A stretch of 64,000 nt of DNA from Azolla caroliniana. Its lineage: Eukaryota; Plantae; Polypodiophyta. Under the pieces are notes generated by a model. The model worked only from the letters and a program-made list of their open reading frames with translations, searched no databases and was not told the origin of the DNA. Positions 36,120 to 46,352 of the stretch are shown here, one piece after another. A program made the translations under genes and the position numbers. The stretch covers positions 9,610,001 to 9,674,000 of the forward strand of contig JBHGNT010000022.1 in NCBI GenBank assembly GCA_043228905.1, written 5' to 3'. Numbering within the stretch: position 1 is the first letter of the stretch; every line of letters begins with the position of its first letter.

Positions 36120-39100
36120 TGTTGGGAATCAACGCTTCGATTCACCTTCTTCACTCGGCCACAACCGAGTAATCGCGGATCAATGCAGCAGAAAATAGAA
36201 ACCAAAGAGAGAAACACACGAGTACACAGGGATTAACGTGGAAAACCCTAGATGGGAAAAAACCACGGGAGTACAAGACTCCAAACAACACTATACAAAG
36301 AGAAGTATACAATGACGAGCTCCAAGGCGACGACCTTGAGCTCGCTGTCCTCGCCACAGGCGGCGGAAATACACAGAGGCGTCGTCCTCTTCCTCTCTCG
36401 CGCTCTATCTCTCTCTCTCTCACGGCTGCTCCCTCTTCACTCCTCTTGAGTGGAAAAACAGAAAAATGATCAGCAACATTAAAACTGTTTGCCCTAAGTC
36501 ATATTTATACACATATATGACTTTGGGGCTATTTACAACTATAGCCTCAGGGACCCATAGCAGACATATTCACGGATATGTCCCTGCATTCGGATCGCTC
36601 TCCGGGTACATTCGTCATCCGGCTCCGAAGTCGGGGTCTTCCTCATCCGGTTCCGAAACCGAAACCGGGCTTGTCGGCATTCATCTCCGATATCCGACCA
36701 TCCCATCCGAAGGGACCGTAATTCCAACAAACTCCCCCTTCACTTTGGCATGGGATGTCTTTCCAATCCGATCCTCTTCCGGCATGCTTCCAGCTTGTCG
36801 GGTGTGAGCACCTTGGTCAGCATATCCGACCCGTTCTCGTCCGTGTGGATCTTTGTCAGCACGAACTCCTTGTCTTCTATCCTTTCCCGGATCCAGTGAT
36901 ATCTTCGCTGGATGTGCTTCGTCCGGGAGTGATAGGCCGCGTTCTTCGCAAGGTGGATTGCACTCTGACTGTCGCAGTAGAGTCGGTACTCCTCCTGCCG
37001 AATACCGAGCTCTCTAATGAAGTCCTTCATCCATATTATTTCCTTGCCGGCTTCAACAGCTGCCATGTACTCCGCCTCCGTGGTTGACAACGCAACCGTC
37101 TTCTGCAGCCTCGACTGCCACGAAACAGCTCCCCCTGCATACGTCATCACATACCCTAATGTGGACCGGCTGGTATCTGCATCAGCCGACATATCCGAAT
37201 CGGTGAAACCGTCGAGTTCGGGTTTACCGGAGCCGAATCGGAGGCACACATTCGCTGTGCCCTTCCGGTATCGGAGTATCCACTTGACCGCGTTCCAATG
37301 CTCTTTGCCGGGATTGCTCATGTACCGGCTCACCACTCCGACTGCATATCCGATGTCCGGTCTCGTACACACCATGGCGTACATCAAGCTCCCGACGGCT
37401 GAGGCGTACGGCACTTTCATCATATCCTCCTTTTCAGCCTTTGTCTTGGGACTTTGCTTGCTGGACAGCTTGCAGTTTGTCGGGAGGGACGATCCGACCG
37501 GTCTCGCTTCCGACATGTTGAACCGGTGAAGCACCTTCGTCGCGTACTTTTCTTGTGACAGCCACAACTGCTTCTTCTTCCGGTCCCGTATGATGTGCAT
37601 CCCTAGTATTTGCCTCGCCGGACCCAGGTCCTTCATTGAGAAGGTTCGGTGAAGAGCCTTCTTCAGCATCCGTATCTTGACCTGGTCCCGTCCGACGATC
37701 AACATGTCGTCCACATACAGGAGGAGTATTAGAGAGTCTCCTCCTTCGAACTTCTTCACAAACACGCAGTGGTCGGACTGCGTTTTGAGGTACCCTTCGT
37801 CGGTCATGAAGGAGTCGAACTTCCGGTACCATTGCCGGGGAGCCTGCTTCAGTCCGTAAAGGCTCTTCTTCAACCGGCATACCAGGTGCTCCTTCCCTTT
37901 CTTCTCAAATCCTTCCAGTTGCTGCATGTAGATCTCTTCTTCGAGGTCACCGTGAAGGAATGTCGTCTTCACGTCCATCTGTTCTACCTCGAGGTCCATG
38001 CTTGCCGCTATGCTCAGCACCGTTCGGATGGAGGTCATCTTCACTACCGGGGCAAATATCTCGTCGAAGTCGACGCCCTTCTTTTGCTGAAACCCCTTCA
38101 CCACGATCCTGGCTTTGTATCTCGGGGGGTTTCCGGCATCTCCCGGTTTCAGCTTGAACACCCACTTGTTTCGAAGTGCCCGCTTTCCTTTCGGCAACTC
38201 CACAAGTTCATATGTGTGGTTCTCATGCAGGGAATCCATCTCGTCCTGCATGGCACTCAACCACCTGCGGCTCTGGGTGTCATGCTTTGCTTCTTCAAAG
38301 CTCTCCGGCTCCCCCTCGTCGGTTAGCAGCACGTGCTCTGGTTCCGGAAATCTCCGGGGGGCCCTTCTCTCTCTTAGAGGATATCTCCGTTCCGGAGCTT
38401 CGGTAACCGGTTCTTCCGATTCTTCTTCATCCGAATCCATTTCGGGATCGGGGCCGGTTCCGGTATCGTTTTCATCTTCTTCGGCCGGTTCTGTTTCTTC
38501 ACCGTCTTCGGCCGGATCCTCGAGTGCTAACCGGTCCCTTGCCGGTCGGGACTGCTCCTCGTAGAGTTGATCCTCACCGGTCGACTTGGAGCTCTTCACC
38601 TTCTTCTCCGACTCCCAGTCGGCGAGTGTCTTGTCCTCCATGAAGATGATGTCTCGACTCCTGAATATCTTCTTGTCGACCGGGTCCCATACTCGGTAGC
38701 CGAACTCGTCATCGCCGTAACCGAGGAATATGCATGGCCGGGTCTTTGGATCTAGCTTTCCTCTCCGGTCCTTTGCCACATGCACGTATGCGAGACACCC
38801 GAACACCTTCAGATGCCGGTAGGACACTTCCTTACCGGTCCACACTTTCTGCGGCGTGTCTCCGTCCAAAGGTACTGAGGGTGATCTGTTTATCACGTAT
38901 GTCGCCGTCGACATTGCCTCAGCCCAAAACCCCTTGGGTAATTTCGCATGCGCCAGCATACTCCGGACCCTCTCCATTATGGTCCGGTTCATCCTCTCGG
39001 CCAGCCCGTTCAGTTCCGGCGTCTTCGGCACAGTAAACTCGAGTCGGATTCCCTTCGAGCGACAGTATTCCTGGAACTGCCCCCGGTATTCCCCTCCGTT

Positions 39101-41453
39101 ATCCGCTCGTATCGCTTTCAGCTTCTTGCCGGATTCCCTTTCCACTCTCGCGTGGAGTTCTTTGAAGACGCACAACACTTGGTCCTTTGTCTTCAACGGT
39201 GCCGTCCACAGCTTCCGGCTGTGATCATCAATGAATGTTACGAAGTACTGGGCTCCGCCATGTGACTTCGTTTCTACCTGACACACAACAGTGTGCACCA
39301 ACTCCAATGGTGCGCTACGTCTCGTCGGTGGCCTTGAGTGGAAGGAGGTTCGGTTCTGCTTACCGGCCAGGCAATCGGTGCACTTCTCCAGGTGCACTTG
39401 CTTCACTGGAACAAGGTTGTCTTCTGCAAGCCTCTTCATCCCCTTCTCACTCATGTGGCACAGTCTTTTGTGCCACAGCTCACCGGCAGTGTCGGTTGCC
39501 ACATTCAGCTCTTCCGGACATAACCGGGCATTCATCAGGTACAGTGTGTTGTCTTTCCGGGCCCGAGCCACTATCAGGCTCCCCTTGCTGAACTTCATTA
39601 CGCCGTTCCGGATGCTACCTGTGTAGCCTTCATCGTCTAGCCTCCCGGCCGAAATCAGGTTCAATCGAACCTCCGGAACGTGTCGGACATCCTTCAGCAG
39701 CATTTTGCATCCGGTCGGGGTTGTCAACCACACGTCTCCGATGCCGGCAATCCGGCACGTACCTTCATTTCCCATCTGAACACAGCCATGCTCACCGGCT
39801 GTGTAGGATGAGAAGTATCTTCTCTCCGGGGTCAGGTGGAACGATGCTCCGGAATCGACCACCCAGGTCGTCTCATTGCCGGCAATGTTTAGTTCACCTT
39901 CTTCGGTGATGAGCATGATTTCTTCCTCACTTGCCGCGAGTGCCGTCGTTCCTTTCCGGTCCTGCCCTCGCCGATCCGAACTGCTCCGGTCCGTGGCTCC
40001 CCGGTATGCACCGTTTCTCTCCGGTGACTTCTTCGAATCGGTGTCGTCGGCTCCGTTGTCTTTTCGGTAATGCCGACAATTCTTTCGAAAGTGCCCCGGC
40101 TTCCCACAGTGGAAGCATGTGGGCCTTCCTCTTGACTGCGACCGGGTCCCCGACTTCTCCCGTCTTTGCGGACTCCGGTTCCATTGTCTTCCCCGATCCG
40201 ATTCGGTAAGCAGCGCCTTCGAGTCGGAGGCCGGTTCTTTATCTCTCCGACGCGCTTCTTCGTTCAAAATACTTGTCTTTACCGTTTGTAAGGACAAGTT
40301 ATCTTCGGTGCACGAGGTGCTGAGAGTCACCACCAAGTTCTCCCAGCTTTCCGGCAATGTACACATCAGGATGATGCCTTGCATTGCATCCTCCAACGGG
40401 AACTTGATCGCCGCAAGCTGATTCACGAATCCCATGAACGTGCTTACGTGTTCCACCATACTCTCGCCGTCCCGGTACTTGAGATTCACTATCTTCCTCA
40501 TCAGGGAGGTCCGGTTCAACGCATTCTTCCTCTCGTAGAGGCCCGACAGCTTCTTCCACATCTCATATGCGTTGGTGTCGTTTGCCACATGTTGTAGGAC
40601 GCTCACGTCGACGTATTGCCGAATGGTTGCAACGGCTTTCCGGTTCAGAAGCCTCCATTCCGACTCAAGTACCCCTTTCGATATTTCCGACCTGTCAATC
40701 GGTTCGTACAGGTCCCGAACAATCAGAAGATCCTCCATCTTGATCTTCCAGTCGGCGTAATTCTGCGCATTCAGCACCATCATCCCCGGCTGCCCGCTGC
40801 CGCCGCCTTCCATTTTCTGCAACAGCTCGCTCTGATACCAGATTGTTGGGAATCAACGCTTCGATTCACCTTCTTCACTCGGCCACAACCGAGTAATCGC
40901 GGATCAATGCAGCAGAAAATAGAAACCAAAGAGAGAAACACACGAGTACACAGGGATTAACGTGGAAAACCCTAGATGGGAAAAAACCACGGGAGTACAA
41001 GACTCCAAACAACACTATACAAAGAGAAGTATACAATGACGAGCTCCAAGGCGACGACCTTGAGCTCGCTGTCCTCGCCACAGGCGGCGGAAATACACAG
41101 AGGCGTCGTCCTCTTCCTCTCTCGCGCTCTATCTCTCTCTCTCTCACGGCTGCTCCCTCTTCACTCCTCTTGAGTGGAAAAACAGAAAAATGATCAGCAA
41201 CATTAAAACTGTTTGCCCTAAGTCATATTTATACACATATATGACTTTGGGGCTATTTACAACTATAGCCTCAGGGGCCCATAGCAGACATATTCACGGA
41301 TATGTCCCTGCATTCGGATCGCTCTCCGGGTACATTCGTCATCCGGCTCCGAAGTCGGGGTCTTCCTCATCCGGTTCCGAAACCGAAACCGGGCTTGTCG
41401 GCATTCATCTCCGATATCCGACCATCCCATCCGAAGGGACCGTAATTCCAACA
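36120..41453 (-). mobile_element. Element G: young full-length Ty1/Copia (Tnt1/Tork-like); LTRs 40844-41453 and 36120-36729
   Basis: 610-bp LTRs with one visible mismatch, TSD GTTTC, PBS tRNA-iMet at 40829-40840, PPT at 36730-36743. Confidence 0.96.
36740..40813 (-). CDS. Gag-Pol polyprotein of Copia element G (open ORF; first integrase catalytic Asp appears substituted)
   Basis: CFHCGKPGHFRKNC, VVDSGASFH, WHKRLCHMSEKGM, ADNGGEY, YVDDML, FTDSDMSA; VHTVVC in place of the VHTDVC consensus. Confidence 0.92.
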   Translation of the reverse strand: MEGGGSGQPGMMVLNAQNYADWKIKMEDLLIVRDLYEPIDRSEISKGVLESEWRLLNRKAVATIRQYVDVSVLQHVANDTNAYEMWKKLSGLYERKNALNRTSLMRKIVNLKYRDGESMVEHVSTFMGFVNQLAAIKFPLEDAMQGIILMCTLPESWENLVVTLSTSCTEDNLSLQTVKTSILNEEARRRDKEPASDSKALLTESDRGRQWNRSPQRREKSGTRSQSRGRPTCFHCGKPGHFRKNCRHYRKDNGADDTDSKKSPERNGAYRGATDRSSSDRRGQDRKGTTALAASEEEIMLITEEGELNIAGNETTWVVDSGASFHLTPERRYFSSYTAGEHGCVQMGNEGTCRIAGIGDVWLTTPTGCKMLLKDVRHVPEVRLNLISAGRLDDEGYTGSIRNGVMKFSKGSLIVARARKDNTLYLMNARLCPEELNVATDTAGELWHKRLCHMSEKGMKRLAEDNLVPVKQVHLEKCTDCLAGKQNRTSFHSRPPTRRSAPLELVHTVVCQVETKSHGGAQYFVTFIDDHSRKLWTAPLKTKDQVLCVFKELHARVERESGKKLKAIRADNGGEYRGQFQEYCRSKGIRLEFTVPKTPELNGLAERMNRTIMERVRSMLAHAKLPKGFWAEAMSTATYVINRSPSVPLDGDTPQKVWTGKEVSYRHLKVFGCLAYVHVAKDRRGKLDPKTRPCIFLGYGDDEFGYRVWDPVDKKIFRSRDIIFMEDKTLADWESEKKVKSSKSTGEDQLYEEQSRPARDRLALEDPAEDGEETEPAEEDENDTGTGPDPEMDSDEEESEEPVTEAPERRYPLRERRAPRRFPEPEHVLLTDEGEPESFEEAKHDTQSRRWLSAMQDEMDSLHENHTYELVELPKGKRALRNKWVFKLKPGDAGNPPRYKARIVVKGFQQKKGVDFDEIFAPVVKMTSIRTVLSIAASMDLEVEQMDVKTTFLHGDLEEEIYMQQLEGFEKKGKEHLVCRLKKSLYGLKQAPRQWYRKFDSFMTDEGYLKTQSDHCVFVKKFEGGDSLILLLYVDDMLIVGRDQVKIRMLKKALHRTFSMKDLGPARQILGMHIIRDRKKKQLWLSQEKYATKVLHRFNMSEARPVGSSLPTNCKLSSKQSPKTKAEKEDMMKVPYASAVGSLMYAMVCTRPDIGYAVGVVSRYMSNPGKEHWNAVKWILRYRKGTANVCLRFGSGKPELDGFTDSDMSADADTSRSTLGYVMTYAGGAVSWQSRLQKTVALSTTEAEYMAAVEAGKEIIWMKDFIRELGIRQEEYRLYCDSQSAIHLAKNAAYHSRTKHIQRRYHWIRERIEDKEFVLTKIHTDENGSDMLTKVLTPDKLEACRKRIGLERHPMPK

Positions 41454-42486
41454 GTTTCATACCCCCTCATCCGACATTCAGGTCCAGGGCCCTTCGGGTC
41501 TCGCTAGCGTGCACCCGACCGTTCTATAGGTACACCACGTTGGCTCTCATTGCCTTGGCGAAGTCCCCGCAGTCCTTCCGGACGTGGCTGACCGCGTCGC
41601 AACACAAACACCGGTTTCCAGCCAGAGGCCTTTGGTCACGGGCATGTTCGCCACCGTCCCTCCGTGCCTATGCAATCTGGAGGTACTTTACCATCCTAGT
41701 CAGCTCCTCTAGAGTTGCTCCTCCGGACGAGCCTTTGACCATGTCGGTCGAAGTCGATCCGGTCTCGAGCCAGTCTCGGGTCTCTTCCCTTCGCACTGGC
41801 GGGGTTGGTTCGAGTTTCCTTGCTGCTACAGAGCCCGCCCCTGTTGATCCTTTATCGACCCACTCTCGCCGTTTATCGAAACGGCCACAGACTCTCTTCA
41901 CCACAACCTAGTCGGTTGTCAGCCCGTCATCAGTCTCCAGCAGGAGACCCACTTGCTCCCGGTCCCTCGCATCCACCGACTTAACAAACAGCAGGACGCG
42001 ACTTGTGTCTAGTATGGTCCGGTCGAGCGCCGAAAGACGCACAAAGCGTTCTTCAAACTCCCAGAGGAGCACTGACGCGTTTCTCCCCTTTTCGGAGGTC
42101 TCTACCCATTCCATGAAGTCCCGTTTCGAGAGTCGAAGCGCGTCTTCAAGCCCGTATTTTTCGAGGAGCCAACCTTCAAACTCTTCCCAGGTTCGGCTCT
42201 CAGCCCGTACCTCGAGCACCTCCTCATGGATGCCCGGCATCGCCACCCGAGGGAATCCGGTCAGTCGCCTTTCTTCCATAATGTCTCTCATTACCATCTC
42301 GGCCCGGTAGGCCTCCAAATAGCTCGTGGCATCCTTCCCACCGAACCGGCCTATCGTGTCGACGACCGCTTCAATAGCCCTATCGAGGGCGCCTGCGCCT
42401 TCGGGCACACACACTATCCGATCCACAGCCGAAGCCATGGCTTCCGCGAGATCCGACCCCCTCATCTTCTATTCCTCTACCGCTTG

Positions 42487-42504
42487 TTCACGTCAGGTTC
42501 ACCA
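42487..42504 (-). other. Primer-binding site of E, complementary to tRNA-Trp
   Basis: Plus strand reads TTCACGTCAGGTTCACCA versus the plant cytosolic tRNA-Trp 3' end as recalled, TTCACGTCGGGTTCACCA (17/18). It lies 4 nt from the 5' LTR. Confidence 0.75.
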
Positions 42505-45019
42505 AATATGTCGCGTTGTTACGCGCGTGCGTGGAGAACGAGGCGGGACCACCGGGGTCTTGGACCGAGAAATAGCTTAGAAGGAGGAGAACAGAAGGCA
42601 CTGTGGGCACTTGCACACGCACAGACACGGGAGCACACAGGAATCACAGTCCAACAACACAGCAACACGAGACGACTAGAAGTCAAAGTATATGAACACG
42701 TATGTATATAAATAAATAAATAAATATATATATATATATATCAAGACGGTTACAACTAACAGGCCAGCAAGGCGAACACCGCCGCCTGTTCACTCACACA
42801 CATAGAAGTGCGGGATGGAGACTCTGCCGGAAGCACATGGGCGTTCCACGGAGCAGAGTCAGCCTCCCGAAAACCGGTGCAAAAATGGCTATGGAGAGTG
42901 GCAGAGGAGAAGGGCTCGGTCCCAGTCCGGCAGCACTTCGTCCTCTCTAATGCGCAATACCCTTTTCATTCCTCTCCCTCTCTTTTATAGCCCAAGGAGG
43001 GAGGCCGTTATCATCCGTTACATCACATTAATTATCTGTCCTTTCGGACAGAGATACACCTCGATTCTCTCCCTATTGAATGCGTGCTACCTAGGATTTC
43101 ACCTCAGCCGACTTGTACCAACTTACTTACCATACAACGAAAAGTGTGCTCGCGTGTAAGGGCCGGTTTACACACGCTAAACTCGGTTTCCGCCTAGGGA
43201 CGGTTTTCTTCACGACAACGCAACATGGACGAAGGAAGAGGCGAGCCGAATCTGGAAGAAGGCCTACAAGTTCTTCTTGTGAGACGGGAAGATATAGCGA
43301 CCCCCGAAGAGGTGGAACGACACTCCGCTCCTGGTGGTGACAAAGGAGGAGGAACAGTCGGTGCTCGTGTCAAAGTTCCACGAGAGTTCCTGGTCCGGAC
43401 ACCGGGGAACATGGGCCACATTGAGACGCTTAAGGGGAAGTAGTGGTGGCCAGGAATGTATCGTGACGTCCACCACTTCGTGACAACATGCAAGAGTTGT
43501 CAGATACATTCCAGAATTTGGCACTGCGACGAGCTACACCTGACCTACCCACCAACCATTCACTTCAAGACAACAATGCCAATGCGGTATTTGATGCTTA
43601 CGCGAGAGGACATGATGAACCAGGTGGAGGGTCGAGCGTTGACAAACAAGACAATCGTAGCGGTGTGCCGATTCCTGATCGAGGATGTGATTTATCGATA
43701 CGAGTGTGTTAGGAAAATCGTGGCCGGCCGAGGGGAGCTTGATGCACAAAATAAGCCAAGGAGCTTTTCGACTGACTAGGGGTCAAGATTTCCCTCACAA
43801 TGGCATACAATCCGCAAGCGAACAGAAAGGTCGAATGAGAGCACGAGCCAATCATCAAAGCAATAGTGCGGGTATGCGATGGATGAGTCGAAAACTAGTT
43901 GAGACTTCTTCCATATGCATTGTGGGTTGACTGGACCACGCACAACTCGGTGACGGGGTACATGCCGATCAAGCTCATGTTCGACCAGAAATTGATCATG
44001 CCGATGGAGCGAACGATAGCCTCGTGGGTGTTGGTCGAGTGGGCGGAGGAGATGAGCCAGGAAGAATTACTAGCTGCACAGATTCGATTATTGAGCGGAG
44101 GCCAGAGGATGTGGAACGAGCGACGACAAGAATAGAAGAGGCGAGGAAGAAGAACAAGGGCCAGTTTGTCCATATGCACTGACTCCAGCCACGGAAGATC
44201 GAGGAAGGCGACTAGGTGCTAGTCTACGATAGCAGCCTCAACAATCATTATCTGTTGACTTGGAAGTTTGCACGATGATGGTTCGGGCCGTACGTGGTGA
44301 CAAGAGCCAACAACAACACGACATACCATTTAGTTGAGTTCGACGGGACGAGGATCGTGATATCGGTTGCAGGGAAACGGATAAAGGCCTTCAAGAAACG
44401 ACATGAACCAGAACCGGATCTGGGGACCGACGAAGACGAGGGGGACAACGAGAACGAGGGGTTGGATGAAGACCAGATCAACGGCGGATCCGGGGAATGC
44501 GAGTAAAGACCGCCAGAATCCTCACCGCTTCACTACTTGGCACATGCCAGAGGATGTGCGATTTGGTGGGGTGGATGTCATGGGGACTTCCAACTACTAG
44601 AAGGAAAGGAGTCAGAGAGTGCGGGAATAGGAGTGTGCACGTATGTACACAAAGTTGTCTTTAAGTATAAACATGTGTAAGTAACATAGGACTCGTAAGT
44701 ACTGGGGAGTAGGATTTTGAGGGGTACTTTAATGTTCCATGAAAAGAGGAGAATAAAGCATGTGTGGGGAGGAAATTGAGGAAGAATCGCTGACAAAATC
44801 AGTTATCTTAAACGTGATGTAACGGCCTCCCCTTTGTGCTATAAAAGGGGAGGTTTTGAACTATTGTGGGGATCCACCGTTTTGGGAGAACGAAGTGCTG
44901 TCGGTTTGAGATCTGAGCTCTATCGTTTCCTTTGTTTCTGTTCTGTTCTAAATTCGGGAAAAAGGTGGAGTCCTCTACTCACATAGGAAGCCCGTGTGCT
45001 CCCGATCAAAGGTTCGTCA

Positions 45020-45064
<45 letters not shown>

Positions 45065-45386
45065 TCGAAGCTTAGCTATCGGTTGCGATCGGGTGTACCC
45101 CCTCTATATTCTCTGTTAAACACTAATTTAATGAGTCTCTTTGTGTGTTGTGCATCCACGTATCTTTGTTCTGTTTCCGTTTGAGTGTGCATATTCGAGT
45201 ATGTGACCTCTTCGCCGCAATCCGGCATCCGGGAATCGATCTGGATCGGATACGTGTCTCCGGAAACCGATCTGGCAAAGTTATCCGGAAACCAAACTGG
45301 ACAACCTTCCTTTCTCACCAGCTCCTTGGTCAGAGACCCCAGTGGTCCCGCCTCGTTTCAACACACAAACGCGGAAAACCGCGACA

Positions 45387-46352
45387 CTGTGCGAAAAAAA
45401 AGGTGTGGTTTTTTTCAGTACTCAGTTAAGATTGGACGACATATTTTGGCAACTCAATGCAGGACTACACCACGGGCTAGTCAATCTTGGACCCATCAAG
45501 GGCTCACATTCGAATTCTTAACAAAGTTTTGGAGGACATTATGGGAAAGGAAACAAGATATGAAAATAAATGTCTTTCAATGGCTAGTAATAAATACATA
45601 GAGCACTATCGGTCTGCCAGTGGCTGCAACAATTAGTTGGACCTACTGCATGCATCTATTGTAGTTGCCAGATTGAGACATTGAAACATTGCTTGTGGGA
45701 ATGTCATGTTGCACAACAAGTTTGGAGACGAGTGTTCCAAATTCTAACCTTTTTGTTTAGGGATGGCAGTTTTTCGTGGGGTATGGTAGTATGGGCTACA
45801 ATATTACAAATGATGTGGCCATATGAGGTAGAGGAAGGATAACGATGGTGTAGTGAGGTCATATGGAAGCTACTTATATGTTAAATGCAATGCAAGAGGT
45901 ATCGGAGCTGCTATGCACCACCATAATGTGGTTTATTTGGACTACTAGATGTTCTAAGGTGTTTGATAATACTATTGTTCATCCAGTGGAAAGTGTACGG
46001 AATGTCTAGATTGAAATGGTGCATACCTTGAAAGGGCGGTATGATGAAATTAAAGGTGAGACAAATGTTGCAGTGTTGCAACGCCTTAAATTTATTGCCT
46101 ATTGGAAGAAGGTCCCTTTTCTCACACTACAAAATGCAAGATCCATGTGGTGCTTAGCACCACCAGTATGTTTGTTCCCACCATCAATCACATAACTAGG
46201 TTATGGAGTGGTGGTGTGTTTATACTATTTATCCTTTAGGGATGGGGACCCAAGGAAGAGTGCAACATACCAAGGTTGGCTTGACAGTAGGTCAACATTC
46301 TTGTAATAACTGTTTATAACTAATGAAAGGATATTTTTCAGGAAAAAAAAAA
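45387..46352 (+). mobile_element. 3' remnant of an L1-clade LINE (zf-RVT region, 3' UTR, A tail)
   Basis: Translates as YSVKIG...FWRTLW...KINVFQWL...CIYC...ETLKHCLWECHVAQQVW, and ends 'taatgaaagg...caggaaaaaaaaaa'. Confidence 0.75.

Larger units (their letters stand above)
35001..42465 (-). pseudogene. gag-protease of element E (split by Copia G; premature stops at ~41908, ~41668 and ~35682)
   Basis: Gag N-terminus 41908-42465, CCHC-like 'CDAVSHVRKDC' ~41570-41605, protease ORF 35001-35648. Confidence 0.8.
30350..43217 (-). mobile_element. Element E: full-length, mildly degenerate non-chromovirus Ty3/Gypsy; LTRs 42509-43217 (5') and 30350-31056 (3')
   Basis: 707/709-bp LTRs, 4-bp TSD ACGC, PBS at 42487-42504, PPT at 31057-31075. 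Gag 42465->, protease ALVDHGSEINL, RT PFLDDIPI, RH, integrase HX6H...CESC and DRGE, GPY/F-like tail, no chromodomain. Confidence 0.93.
29810..45386 (+). mobile_element. Element F: 5'-truncated degenerate Ty3/Gypsy (RNase H 29810-30349; integrase 43222-44506; 3' LTR 44576-45386), split by element E
   Basis: RH motifs (FPIRFGAKVLSE, GKDNTMADMLSR) continue across E as 'DA|TWTKEEA'. Integrase with WFGPY, PPT 'ttggtggggtgga', and a TGTCA...GCGACA LTR containing a (TG)n tract. Confidence 0.85.

Noticed and set aside
36755-40960. Many 60-185 aa plus-strand ORFs antisense to the Copia G and H polyproteins
   Set aside because: Shadow ORFs of GC-rich coding sequence with no recognisable domains.
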